Assembly: GCA_002436025.1 (NCBI GenBank)
Contig: DIXM01000009.1
Span: forward strand, 51,735 to 115,734
DNA length: 64,000 bases
Direction: 5' to 3'
Source: a candidate division Hyd24-12 bacterium UBA6080
GTDB lineage: Bacteria > Fermentibacterota > Fermentibacteria > Fermentibacterales > JCC-6
The notes beneath the pieces are model-generated. The model was not told the origin of the DNA, ran no database searches, and worked only from the letters and a program-made list of their open reading frames with translations. Shown here piece by piece: positions 53,073 to 61,839 of this stretch (position 1 is the first letter of the stretch; each line of letters opens with the position of its first letter). The position numbers and the translations under genes were made by a program.

Positions 53073-53545
53073 TGACAAGGGAGCAGGTTCTCAGAGATCT
53101 CGGCAACAGGTTTGGTGATGACATTCTGGACATTTTCGTCAAGTCGCCGAAAAGGGTTTTCATCAAAATCAAACCCAGGGCCATTGCCTGGGTCGGCCCT
53201 TACATCTTCAGGGAGTTGGGAGCAAGGTTCAACATTGCGACGGGCACCGACACCCCCGACGGAATAGAGATCCTCTACCACTTCACCCTGGAAGACATCA
53301 ACCTGATGCTGAACATCAGGGTGCTGCTGAATCGGGACAATCCCGTGATCACCTCCCTCGGGAAGGAAATCGAGGCTGTGAACTGGATAGAGAGGGAGAT
53401 GAAGGAACTGCTCGGTATAACCTTCGAGGGACATCCCGACCCCCGCAGGCTCCTTCTTCCGGACAACTGGCCCGATGGCGTCTATCCGCTTCGACAGGAT
53501 TACTCGGAGTGGGACGAAACCGCCATCAGAACAAGGGGTGTGTGA
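53072..53545 (+). CDS. NuoC-like 30-kDa subunit (MbhK type)
   Basis: ...ILYHF......NWIEREMKELLGITFEGHPDPRRLLLPDNWP... signature. TGATG overlap. Confidence 0.9.
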   Translation: MTREQVLRDLGNRFGDDILDIFVKSPKRVFIKIKPRAIAWVGPYIFRELGARFNIATGTDTPDGIEILYHFTLEDINLMLNIRVLLNRDNPVITSLGKEIEAVNWIEREMKELLGITFEGHPDPRRLLLPDNWPDGVYPLRQDYSEWDETAIRTRGV

Positions 53546-54729
53546 TGGGAAGATCAGTCATACCCATCGGACCTTACCACCCGCTTCAGGAGGAGCCCGA
53601 GCTCTTCACCCTCACCGTGGAGGGTGAGCGGATAGTGGAGGTGGACGTCCGGATCGGCTACAATCATCGGGGCATCGAGAAGCTGTCTGAGAGCAAGTCC
53701 TTCGACAACAGCACCTTCGTTGTGGAGAGGATTTGCGGCATTTGTTCCACCAGCCACCCCTTCGCCTATGTGAGGGCGGTGGAGGACATCTTTCCCATGG
53801 AGGTTCCGGACAGGGCCAAGTACATCCGCACCATCATAGCCGAGGGCGAGAGGATCCACTCCCACCTGCTGTGGCTCGGGCTGGCCGGGCATTTCCTGGG
53901 CTACAACACCGTTTACATGTGGGCCTGGAAGCTCCGTGAGGAGATCCTCGACGTCATGGAGATCCTCTCCGGCAACAGGAACAACTACGCCATGTTCACC
54001 CCCGGAGGGGTCAGGCGAGATATCAGACCACAGGACATTCCCGTGGTCCTTGCCAAGATCGATTCCATAGTCCCGACGCTGGAGATGCTCAGGGACGCAA
54101 TTCTGGATGATCCGGTCCTTCACGCCAGATTGAAGGGGGTGGGTGTTCTCACCAAGGAGAAGGCCATAGAGTTCAGCGCCCTGGGACCCACCTCCAGGGC
54201 TTCCGGAGTTGCCCGTGATGTCAGGAAGGACAGCCCCTACGGAGTCTACGACCGGGTTGACTGGAAAATGATAGTCACCTCCAACGGAGACGTCTTCGAC
54301 AAGGCGGTCGTTCGAATCCTTGAGATGTTTGAATCCATCGGCATCGTGAGGCAGTGCTTCGAGGCTCTTCCCGAAGGTCCGATCAACGCCGGCATCGAGA
54401 GCATACCGCCCGGGGAGGGCATCGGACACATCGAGGCGCCCCGGGGGGAGACTTTCCACTACGTCAGGAGCGACGGCACCAACAGGGCCATCCGTCACAA
54501 GGTGAGGGCACCGACCTTCATGAACCTGCCCACCTACAAGGCCACCATCGTTGGTGAGACCATATCTGACGCCACCATCATCCTCGCATCCATCGATCCA
54601 TGCTACTGCTGCACCGAGAGGATGGCGGTGAGGAACCACCGGGGAAGGCTTCTCTACGACGGCGAAGCCCTGGTGGAGCTGTCCAGGGCCAAAACCGAGA
54701 ACCTGAAGAGGAGGATGGGCAGAACATGA
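53545..54729 (+). CDS. Group 4 [NiFe]-hydrogenase large subunit (NuoD-like, MbhL/HycE type)
   Basis: N-terminal Ni-Fe ligands RICGICSTSH and C-terminal DPCYCCTER, followed by a 35-residue extension. IGYNHRGIEKL motif. TGATG overlap. Confidence 0.93.
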   Translation: MGRSVIPIGPYHPLQEEPELFTLTVEGERIVEVDVRIGYNHRGIEKLSESKSFDNSTFVVERICGICSTSHPFAYVRAVEDIFPMEVPDRAKYIRTIIAEGERIHSHLLWLGLAGHFLGYNTVYMWAWKLREEILDVMEILSGNRNNYAMFTPGGVRRDIRPQDIPVVLAKIDSIVPTLEMLRDAILDDPVLHARLKGVGVLTKEKAIEFSALGPTSRASGVARDVRKDSPYGVYDRVDWKMIVTSNGDVFDKAVVRILEMFESIGIVRQCFEALPEGPINAGIESIPPGEGIGHIEAPRGETFHYVRSDGTNRAIRHKVRAPTFMNLPTYKATIVGETISDATIILASIDPCYCCTERMAVRNHRGRLLYDGEALVELSRAKTENLKRRMGRT

Positions 54730-56423
54730 GCCTTGAGAACCTTTTCAGCCTTGACCTCTTCAGCTTTTCTCCTCTGGCCTGGTTGGCCGCTGCATTTGCG
54801 GGTCTCTTCTTCATCCTTGTTGTGATCTATTCCCTGAATTTCATGAAGGGAAGAAAGGGGCTGTTCAGGTATTACCTCTATACAGTTCTCACCCTGGTGC
54901 TCACGCTGGGCGTGATCTTCGCAGACAATCTGCTTCTTCTCGTCATCCTGTGGGGTTTTCTGGGGTTGCTGCTTTATCTCTTGATAGGGTTCGGAAGAAC
55001 TCCCTCCACGCCCGCCACCGCCCGGAAAGCCCTGCTCATTGTCGGTGGAACCGACGCCATGATGCTGCTGGGTCTGGCCCTGGTCTGGTTTTTGGTCTAC
55101 GGACCGGGAACCGGCCTTTCAGGTCTTGCAAAACTTTCCTTTTCCACTGTAACCATTCCGGTAGCGGGAGGCCTGTCCGTTGCCGCATTCCTGCTGCTGG
55201 CATCCGCCGCCCTGGCCAAGGCCGGGGCAATGCCTTTCCACACCTGGGTTCCCGACATGGCCGAAGACGCTCCCATTCCTGTCACGGCGTATCTTCCCGC
55301 CTCGCTGGACAAGCTTCTTGGGGTCTTCTTCCTGGCCAGGATATCGCTGGAGCTCTTCATCCTCGACAGCACCCTTGGTATCGTGCTCATGGCCCTGGGC
55401 AGCATCACCATCATGGCCGCGGTTATGATGGCCATGGTTCAGCATGACATGAAGAGGCTTCTGGGCTACCACGCCGTGAGTCAGGTCGGCTACATGGTCC
55501 TGGGGATCGGCACCGGGAATCCGATAGGCATTTGCGGGGCTCTGTTCCACATGTTCAACCACACCATTTACAAATCCTGCCTCTTCATGGCCGCAGGCGC
55601 GGTCGAAAAGAGCATGAATACCACCGACCTCCACCGGCTTGGCGGGCTGGCAAAACTGATGCCACTGGTGTTCGGTGCTTTCTTCGTGGCTTCCCTTTCG
55701 ATATCGGGGGTTCCGCCGTTCAACGGTTTTGCCTCCAAGTGGATGATTTACCAGGGGATCATCGGCACTGCCGGGAACGGCTGGACATGGATCATCTGGC
55801 TCACTGCGGCCATGATGGGCAGTGCGCTGACCCTGGCCAGCTTCATGAAGCTCATCCATGCAGTGTTCCTCGGCCAGGCTTCGCCCCATGTGACAAAGAT
55901 CGCCGAATCATCAAGGCCCGGAACGCCATTCGCCCTCGCTGCCCCGATCGCTGTGCTGGCGGTCCTTTGCATACTCTTCGGTGTTTTTGCTGACAGGATC
56001 CCGTTCGGAGAGCTCTTCAGTCCGGTTCTCGCCGGGGAACCCGTCTTCCCGGGGCTCTGGAGTTCCACCTCGGCAACGATACTGATCCTTGCCGGGTTGT
56101 TCCTGGGAATGGTTGTGTATCTCCTTGGCAGCGCCGGGAAAACCAGGTCAGTCGCTCCCTTCATCGGAGGCGAGGATCTCGATGCCAGGCCGTCCATGAG
56201 GGTGTCCGGGGTTGATTTCTACAGTACGGTAAAAGACGTGAAGCCTCTCGGAGTGCTTTTTGACTGGGCCGAAAGGAAACACTTCGACTGCTATGTGGTG
56301 GGTCTCAGGTTCGCCGATTTCCTGGGCGGCATCCTGTCGGGGCTTCACAACGGGCTGCTCGGGAGGTACGTGCTCTGGTGCCTTGCGGGAGTGGTGGCTC
56401 TCTATCTCGCGCTGATTGGATGA
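54726..56423 (+). CDS. NuoL/HycC/MbhH-like antiporter-type membrane subunit
   Basis: 565 aa, multi-TM, with motifs AGAMPFHTWVPDMAEDAPIPVTAYL, LLGYHAVSQVGYM, LFHMFNHTIYKSCLFMAAG. ATGA overlap. Confidence 0.9.
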   Translation: MSLENLFSLDLFSFSPLAWLAAAFAGLFFILVVIYSLNFMKGRKGLFRYYLYTVLTLVLTLGVIFADNLLLLVILWGFLGLLLYLLIGFGRTPSTPATARKALLIVGGTDAMMLLGLALVWFLVYGPGTGLSGLAKLSFSTVTIPVAGGLSVAAFLLLASAALAKAGAMPFHTWVPDMAEDAPIPVTAYLPASLDKLLGVFFLARISLELFILDSTLGIVLMALGSITIMAAVMMAMVQHDMKRLLGYHAVSQVGYMVLGIGTGNPIGICGALFHMFNHTIYKSCLFMAAGAVEKSMNTTDLHRLGGLAKLMPLVFGAFFVASLSISGVPPFNGFASKWMIYQGIIGTAGNGWTWIIWLTAAMMGSALTLASFMKLIHAVFLGQASPHVTKIAESSRPGTPFALAAPIAVLAVLCILFGVFADRIPFGELFSPVLAGEPVFPGLWSSTSATILILAGLFLGMVVYLLGSAGKTRSVAPFIGGEDLDARPSMRVSGVDFYSTVKDVKPLGVLFDWAERKHFDCYVVGLRFADFLGGILSGLHNGLLGRYVLWCLAGVVALYLALIG

Positions 56424-56427
56424 CGAA

Positions 56428-56958
56428 ATGATTGAACTGTACATCGTTATGGCCCTGATGATCGCGGGAGCCCTGGCTGCGGTGGAGATGAGGAACCTGC
56501 TTTCCGCAGTGATTGCAGTAGGAGTCGTGGGACTCGGGCTTTCCATCGTCTTTCTTCTGCTGAAGGCCCCCGAAATCGCCCTTACACAGCTTGTGGTGGA
56601 GATAGTGGCGGTGATCATCCTGATAAGGGCAACTCTTACATTGGAGGATTCAGGGGAGTGGCTGGGTTCCAGACCCCTGGGATCCCTGCTGGGCGCCCTG
56701 TTCGCGGCCCTTACCGTCTGGGTCGGGATCGTGGCCTTCAAGAGCCTTCCGGCCTTTGGCGATCCGCTGATGCTCGTTTCACAGCGGTACCTTGCTGATG
56801 CCGCGGCGGACACCGGAGCAGCCAACATTGTGGCGGCGATCATACTTGACTACCGGGCGTATGACACCCTGGGTGAAGCCACTGTGCTGTTCACGGCGGT
56901 GGTGGGCGTTCTTACCGTGATGCGCCGCAAGGGGGTGAAGGACCATGGCGAGAAATGA
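56428..56958 (+). CDS. MbhD/MbhE-like (DUF4040 + MnhB-related) membrane subunit
   Basis: LSAVIAVGVVGLGLSIVFLLLKAPEIALTQLVVE... then ...NIVAAIILDYRAYDTLGE, typical of MnhB-family N-terminal parts. The start is ATG 56428 or TTG 56416. Confidence 0.8.
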   Translation: MIELYIVMALMIAGALAAVEMRNLLSAVIAVGVVGLGLSIVFLLLKAPEIALTQLVVEIVAVIILIRATLTLEDSGEWLGSRPLGSLLGALFAALTVWVGIVAFKSLPAFGDPLMLVSQRYLADAAADTGAANIVAAIILDYRAYDTLGEATVLFTAVVGVLTVMRRKGVKDHGEK

Positions 56959-57400
56959 TGGGGAAGCCGGCATGACCCTGGTGGTTAAAACAGTGACAAG
57001 GCTCACGGTGGGGCTCATTTTCCTTTACGGCATCTATATCGTCCTGAACGGGCACCTCAGCCCCGGAGGCGGTTTCGCCGGCGGAGTGATAATCGCCCTC
57101 AGCTTCATCAACCTCTTTCTTGCCTTCGGAGCAAAAAAGACATTCGAGATCATCAGGAAGGACGCGGTGACGGCGCTGGAAAGCGTCGGGGCCGTCCTGT
57201 TCCTGGGGATTGCCCTGCTGGGCTTCATCGACGGTGGATTCTTCAGTAACTTCCTTCCCCAGGGCGAGTTGTTCAGCCTGGTCAGCGGGGGTGCCATCCC
57301 GCTGTCTAACATTGCGATCTGCATCAAGGTGGGGGCAGGCATCTTCGGGATGTTCCTGGCCCTCGTTGCCTTCCGGGGAAGCGAAAGGGAGGGGAAATGA
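56945..57400 (+). CDS. MnhB-like Na+/H+ antiporter subunit (MbhF type)
   Basis: NGHLSPGGGFAGGVI motif. Three to four TM spans. Confidence 0.85.
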   Translation: MARNDGEAGMTLVVKTVTRLTVGLIFLYGIYIVLNGHLSPGGGFAGGVIIALSFINLFLAFGAKKTFEIIRKDAVTALESVGAVLFLGIALLGFIDGGFFSNFLPQGELFSLVSGGAIPLSNIAICIKVGAGIFGMFLALVAFRGSEREGK

Positions 57401-57747
57401 TACACTCCTGGCTCCCTTACGTGCTCTGCATTCTGCTCTTCTGCGTGGGTGTCTATGCCGTTCTGAGCAAGAAGAACCTGATCAGGATCATCCTGGGAAT
57501 CGTCATTGCCGACTATGCGGTCAACCTCTTCCTGATCCTCCTTTGCTGGAAGAAGGGCGGTGAGGCGCCGATCCTTCAACCGGGCGCGATGGAACAGGTA
57601 ATGGTGGATCCGCTTCCCCAGGCCCTGGTGCTAACTTCCATCGTGATCGGCCTGGCCACCACTGCGTTCCTGGTGGCAATCGCCATGAGGCTGCACGAGC
57701 GTTACGGTACTTATGACATCACCCGTATCAGGGAGTTGAGGGGATGA
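57397..57747 (+). CDS. MnhC/NuoK-like subunit (MbhG type)
   Basis: 116 aa, three TM spans. VGVYAVLSKKNLIRIILGI... and ...PQALVLTSIVIGLATTAF match the NuoK/MnhC pattern. ATGA overlap. Confidence 0.88.
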   Translation: MIHSWLPYVLCILLFCVGVYAVLSKKNLIRIILGIVIADYAVNLFLILLCWKKGGEAPILQPGAMEQVMVDPLPQALVLTSIVIGLATTAFLVAIAMRLHERYGTYDITRIRELRG

Positions 57748-59228
57748 TGGCCGGCGAATACATTCCTCTGCTGGTGGCGGTTCCCCTTGCGGGAGCATTC
57801 TTCTGTGCCCTTGCGGCCAGAAAGTCGGGCGTCCTGGCGGACACCATCGGCACACTGATCGTAGCCCTTGTTCTGGCTCTTTCCATCTACGCAGTTGTCT
57901 CTCCCCCTTCCACCCACGCCGTCGGTGGCTGGCCGGCCCCCCTGGGCATCCTCCTGGTGATGGACGGCCTGGCGTCGTTAATGCTGTTGGTTGTCAGCCT
58001 GGTCGCCTTCCTGGTCATGATCTACTCCCTGAGCTACATGAACGCATACTCCGGGCGCTGGCAGTTCCACACCCTGTTCCTGCTGATGCTGGCGGGGATG
58101 AACGGGGTGGTTATCACCGGCGACCTCTTCAACCTGTTCGTATTCCTTGAAGTGGCTTCTCTGGCGAGTTACGCCCTTGTGGCCTTCGGAACCGGGAAGC
58201 ACGAACTCGAGGCCGCTTTCAAGTACGCGGTCATGGGAAGCCTGGGTTCCCTCCTGCTTCTTCTGGGCATAGCGTTCCTATACGGCTACACAGGCACCCT
58301 CAACATGGCCCATATGGCGGAGAGGCTTGGTGAACTGGGGGTTGCTCCGATAACCGTCGCCGCGCTGGTACTGCTTCTCAGCGGATTCGCCCTCAAAGCC
58401 GCCATCGTTCCGTTCCACTCATGGCTTCCCGACGCACACCCGTCTGCACCTGCGCCCATCTCAGCCATGCTCTCCGGTGTCCTCATCAAGTCCCTCGGGG
58501 TCTATACCATCGCCAGGCTCGTATTCAACGTGTACGGTGCAAGTCCGGACCTGCTGAACCTTCTTCTGGTGCTTGGTGCCGTCTCGATGGGGATCGGTGT
58601 CATCCTGGCCCTGAGGCAGTGGGACATGAAGAGGCTGCTCGCCTACCATTCGGTGAGCCAGGTCGGCTACATGATCCTCGGTTTCGGCCTTGGTTCACCG
58701 CTCGGGATCCTCGGAGGGCTTTTTCACCTGTTCAACCATTCCATCTTCAAGAGCCTTCTCTTCCTGAACTCCGGCGCCCTGGAACAGGCAACGGGCACAA
58801 GGAACCTGAAGGAGATGGGGGGTTTGTCCGGCAGAATGCCCACCACCTCCTGGACCACTCTTTCAGCGTCCATGTCAATCTCCGGCGTTCCACCCTTCTC
58901 CGGGTTCTGGAGCAAGCTCATCATCGTCATGGCCTGCGTTGAGCAGGGAAGGTGGTTCTACGGGGCCTGGGCTATCCTGGTAAGTGTTCTGACCCTGGCC
59001 TCCTTCCTCAAGGTCACCAAATTCGCTTTCCTTGGAAAACTCGGGAAGGGCTTCGAGAACGTTCGGGAGGTTCCTTGGCCCATGAGGTTCGGCATGGTTG
59101 TCCTGGCGCTGCTCTGCATTGTGGGGGGTCTCATGCTTGTTCCGGAAGTGAAGGAGATGGTTCTCACCCCTGCGGTCAGGGTTCTCGACCATGGTATCCT
59201 CACCCTCGGGGAGGTGGTTCGCCTGTGA
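57744..59228 (+). CDS. MnhD/NuoM/N-like antiporter-type membrane subunit (second copy)
   Basis: VPFHSWLPDAHPSAPAPISAMLSGVLIK, LLAYHSVSQVGYM, LFHLFNHSIFKSLLFLNSG. ATGA overlap. Confidence 0.9.
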   Translation: MMAGEYIPLLVAVPLAGAFFCALAARKSGVLADTIGTLIVALVLALSIYAVVSPPSTHAVGGWPAPLGILLVMDGLASLMLLVVSLVAFLVMIYSLSYMNAYSGRWQFHTLFLLMLAGMNGVVITGDLFNLFVFLEVASLASYALVAFGTGKHELEAAFKYAVMGSLGSLLLLLGIAFLYGYTGTLNMAHMAERLGELGVAPITVAALVLLLSGFALKAAIVPFHSWLPDAHPSAPAPISAMLSGVLIKSLGVYTIARLVFNVYGASPDLLNLLLVLGAVSMGIGVILALRQWDMKRLLAYHSVSQVGYMILGFGLGSPLGILGGLFHLFNHSIFKSLLFLNSGALEQATGTRNLKEMGGLSGRMPTTSWTTLSASMSISGVPPFSGFWSKLIIVMACVEQGRWFYGAWAILVSVLTLASFLKVTKFAFLGKLGKGFENVREVPWPMRFGMVVLALLCIVGGLMLVPEVKEMVLTPAVRVLDHGILTLGEVVRL

Positions 59229-59734
59229 AAAGCCGTGCTCTGATGTTCCTGGCGGCCTTTGCGGTGTGGTGCCTTCTGTCCTGGCCCCCAACTGCATTAC
59301 AGCTCGCAGCCGGTGCTGCAGCCTCTTTGCTGGCGGCGGCTGTCATGGGGCGGATGTTCATCACCAGACACCATATGCTGGGCCATCCCATGAGGATTCT
59401 CACGTTCATCTTCCACTACATGCCGGTCTTCACTTGGGAGCTGATCAAGGCCAACTTCGATGTTGCCTACCGGGTGCTTCACCCCGGTCTGCCAATCAAC
59501 CCCGGAATAGTGAAATTGAAAACCGGACTCAAGTCCGACATGGGCCTCACCTTCCTGGCAAACTCGATCACCCTGACTCCCGGCACCCTTACGGTAGATG
59601 TGGACAAGGAACAGGGGATCCTCTACATACACTGGATATACGTGCGGGGAAGGGATATCGATTCGGCCAGCAGGGCCATCGGGGGAAGATTCGAGCCAAT
59701 ACTCAGGAGGATATTCGAAGAGGTCGTGCCATGA
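59225..59734 (+). CDS. MnhE-like subunit (MbhA type)
   Basis: ...VFTWELIKANFDVAYRVLHP...LANSITLTPGTLTVDV... is the MnhE signature. GTG 59225 overlaps the previous stop (GTGA). Confidence 0.88.
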   Translation: MKSRALMFLAAFAVWCLLSWPPTALQLAAGAAASLLAAAVMGRMFITRHHMLGHPMRILTFIFHYMPVFTWELIKANFDVAYRVLHPGLPINPGIVKLKTGLKSDMGLTFLANSITLTPGTLTVDVDKEQGILYIHWIYVRGRDIDSASRAIGGRFEPILRRIFEEVVP

Positions 59735-60102
59735 AGACTGTAAGATGGATACTCGGGGCATTGGTGCTACTGGGGATACTTCTGGTTGTCATTCTCTACG
59801 CCACAGACGTGGTGTTTCTTCCATCGGGCAGGGAGCATTCCGGCTTTTTCGCCAGGGCCCTTTACATTGTCATCCTGAGCGCCCTCATGGTGTTTTTCAG
59901 GATCCTGAAGGGCCCCACCCCCGCGGACAGGATAGTGGGAGTGGACATCCTTGGGATTCTGGTGGTGGGGCTTTGTGCGATCCTCGCCCTGGCTACCGAC
60001 CGGTCATGGTATCTTGACATCGGAATAGCCTGGGGCCTTCAGAGCTTCATAGGCACCCTTGCCCTGGCCAAGTTCATGGAAGGGAGAACCTTCGATGACT
60101 GA
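59731..60102 (+). CDS. MnhF-like subunit (MbhB type)
   Basis: ...FRILKGPTPADRIVGVDILG... motif. Three TM spans. ATGA overlap. Confidence 0.85.
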   Translation: MKTVRWILGALVLLGILLVVILYATDVVFLPSGREHSGFFARALYIVILSALMVFFRILKGPTPADRIVGVDILGILVVGLCAILALATDRSWYLDIGIAWGLQSFIGTLALAKFMEGRTFDD

Positions 60103-60433
60103 TACGATAGGCCTTGTGATGATAGTCGCCGGGCTGGTCTTCGATGTCCTGGGGTGTCTGGGGCTGATCCGCCTGCCCGACGTGTACAACCGTCTGCAGG
60201 CTTCAACCAAATGCGTCACCCTGGGAACCTGCAGTATCCTCATCGGAACCTTTTTTATCACGGGGTTCACATCCACCGGTTTCAAGGCGCTTCTGGCGGT
60301 GTTCTTCCTGGTGCTCACCTCCCCGGTGTCAGCACATGCCATTTCACGCGGAGCCCACAAGGCGGGGATCAAGCTCTGGAAGGGCAGCACCTGTGATGCC
60401 CTGGAAGAGCGGAACAAGGAGGCGCAGCAGTGA
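60095..60433 (+). CDS. MnhG-like subunit (MbhC type)
   Basis: GCLGLIRLPDVYNRLQASTK...TSPVSAHAISRGAH is the MnhG signature. Confidence 0.88.
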   Translation: MTDTIGLVMIVAGLVFDVLGCLGLIRLPDVYNRLQASTKCVTLGTCSILIGTFFITGFTSTGFKALLAVFFLVLTSPVSAHAISRGAHKAGIKLWKGSTCDALEERNKEAQQ

Positions 60434-61041
60434 GATATCCCAAGATTCGGGAGCTCGGTGAAGCGGTCAAATCCCTGTTCACGAAACCCTACACCTCAGA
60501 CTTCCCCGGGAAACCCCACGTCCCGCACGAGAATTTTCGCGGACAGCCCGTGTTCAACCCGGACAAGTGTCTGGGGTGCCTGGCGTGTGAGGAAGCATGC
60601 CCCGCAGGTGCCATCGCCCACGAAGACACAACTGATCCACCCGATGCCGCCAAACGCAGGATGATCCATTACACCGACACATGCATATTCTGCAGCCAGT
60701 GCCAGGCGGCGTGTATCGCTGACCACGAAGGCATTGTTCTCGGAAACGAATGGGAGCTCTCATACTTCGACAGAGCGCAGGCCCACGAGAGCATCGAACT
60801 CGACCTGCAGCTCTGCGAGGTCTGCGGGACCATCATTGCCACGAAGCATCATCTGGCCTGGCTTGCGGACAGACTTGATGAGATGGCCTTCTCCAACCCC
60901 ACGGTTTACCTGGCCCGGTTGAAGGAACTGGGCGTTGCGGACGACAATCTCGTTCCCGTTCTCAGGGATCGGGGCCGTTCCGACAGAGTGAAGATCCTCT
61001 GCGTGAAGTGTCGTCGGGAGACCACCCGTTACAACGAATGA
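60430..61041 (+). CDS. NuoI/HycF/MbhN-like 2x[4Fe-4S] subunit with cysteine-containing C-terminal extension
   Basis: CLGCLACEEACP and CIFCSQCQAAC, followed by CEVCG...CVKCRRE. GTGA overlap. Confidence 0.85.
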   Translation: MRYPKIRELGEAVKSLFTKPYTSDFPGKPHVPHENFRGQPVFNPDKCLGCLACEEACPAGAIAHEDTTDPPDAAKRRMIHYTDTCIFCSQCQAACIADHEGIVLGNEWELSYFDRAQAHESIELDLQLCEVCGTIIATKHHLAWLADRLDEMAFSNPTVYLARLKELGVADDNLVPVLRDRGRSDRVKILCVKCRRETTRYNE

Positions 61042-61063
61042 GTTTACCAGGAGACTGAGGGCG

Positions 61064-61501
61064 TGTCTTCAGGACACGCCCCTGATCCTCGGCATCGGGA
61101 ATCCGTTGAGGGGCGACGACGGGTTCGGCCCGGAGCTTGTTTTCAGGATCAGGGGCATCCCCGTTCATGCCATAGACGCAGGAACAACCCCGGAGAATCA
61201 TCTGGGGTCCGTTGCCAGAATGAAGCCGAAGCTGGTGCTGGTCGCCGATGCGGCGGACATTGGCGCGAGCCCGGGCGAACCGGCGCTGCTTGGCAGGGAT
61301 GAGATCGACCAGGTCGGAGGTTTCTCCACCCACACGATGTCTCCCGCCCTGTTCATGCGGCAGCTGGAGGATCTCTGCGGCGCACGGATACTCATGCTTG
61401 CGGTACAGCCCGCTTCAACCGCATTCGGACAATGTCTTTCCCGTGAGGTCGAGGCATGCCTCGAGGAGCTGGTGACTGTTTTCGAGGAAGCCTTCGCGTG
61501 A
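61064..61501 (+). CDS. Hydrogenase maturation endopeptidase (HycI-like)
   Basis: In-frame GTG 61064 gives VLQDTPLILGIGNPLRGDDGFGPEL..., restoring the conserved GIGN..RGDDG motif that the track start (TTG 61106) truncates. ...LVLVADAAD... is also present. Confidence 0.85.
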   Translation, partial: CLQDTPLILGIGNPLRGDDGFGPELVFRIRGIPVHAIDAGTTPENHLGSVARMKPKLVLVADAADIGASPGEPALLGRDEIDQVGGFSTHTMSPALFMRQLEDLCGARILMLAVQPASTAFGQCLSREVEACLEELVTVFEEAFA

Positions 61502-61569
61502 TCCAGGCCCCTGATGCCCCAACGGCCTCAGTGGTATAATCACCATGGAAGCATTGGATTGGAGTAGAC

Positions 61570-61821
61570 ATGTGCCTCGGCGTTCCTGGTGAGATACTTG
61601 AGGTCTGGGGGGATGAACCCCTGACCCGCAGGGCCAGGGTCAGCTTCGGAGGAGCAGTCCGGGAGGTTTGCCTGGCGGGAGTTCCCGACGCCAAACCCGG
61701 CGAGTACGTCATTGTTCACGCGGGCTTCGCCCTCAACCGGCTCAATCAGGCCGAGGCTGACGAAGTTAAGGGCTACCTCAGACGCATTCAGGAATTCGGA
61801 CGTGAGGAGTGCGGTGGTTAG
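61570..61821 (+). CDS. hypC: Hydrogenase assembly chaperone HypC
   Basis: MCLGVPGEILEV... N-terminal Cys2 signature; VHAGFAL; 83 aa. Confidence 0.93.
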   Translation: MCLGVPGEILEVWGDEPLTRRARVSFGGAVREVCLAGVPDAKPGEYVIVHAGFALNRLNQAEADEVKGYLRRIQEFGREECGG

Positions 61822-61839
61822 CGCCGGGTTCCCCCTTGT

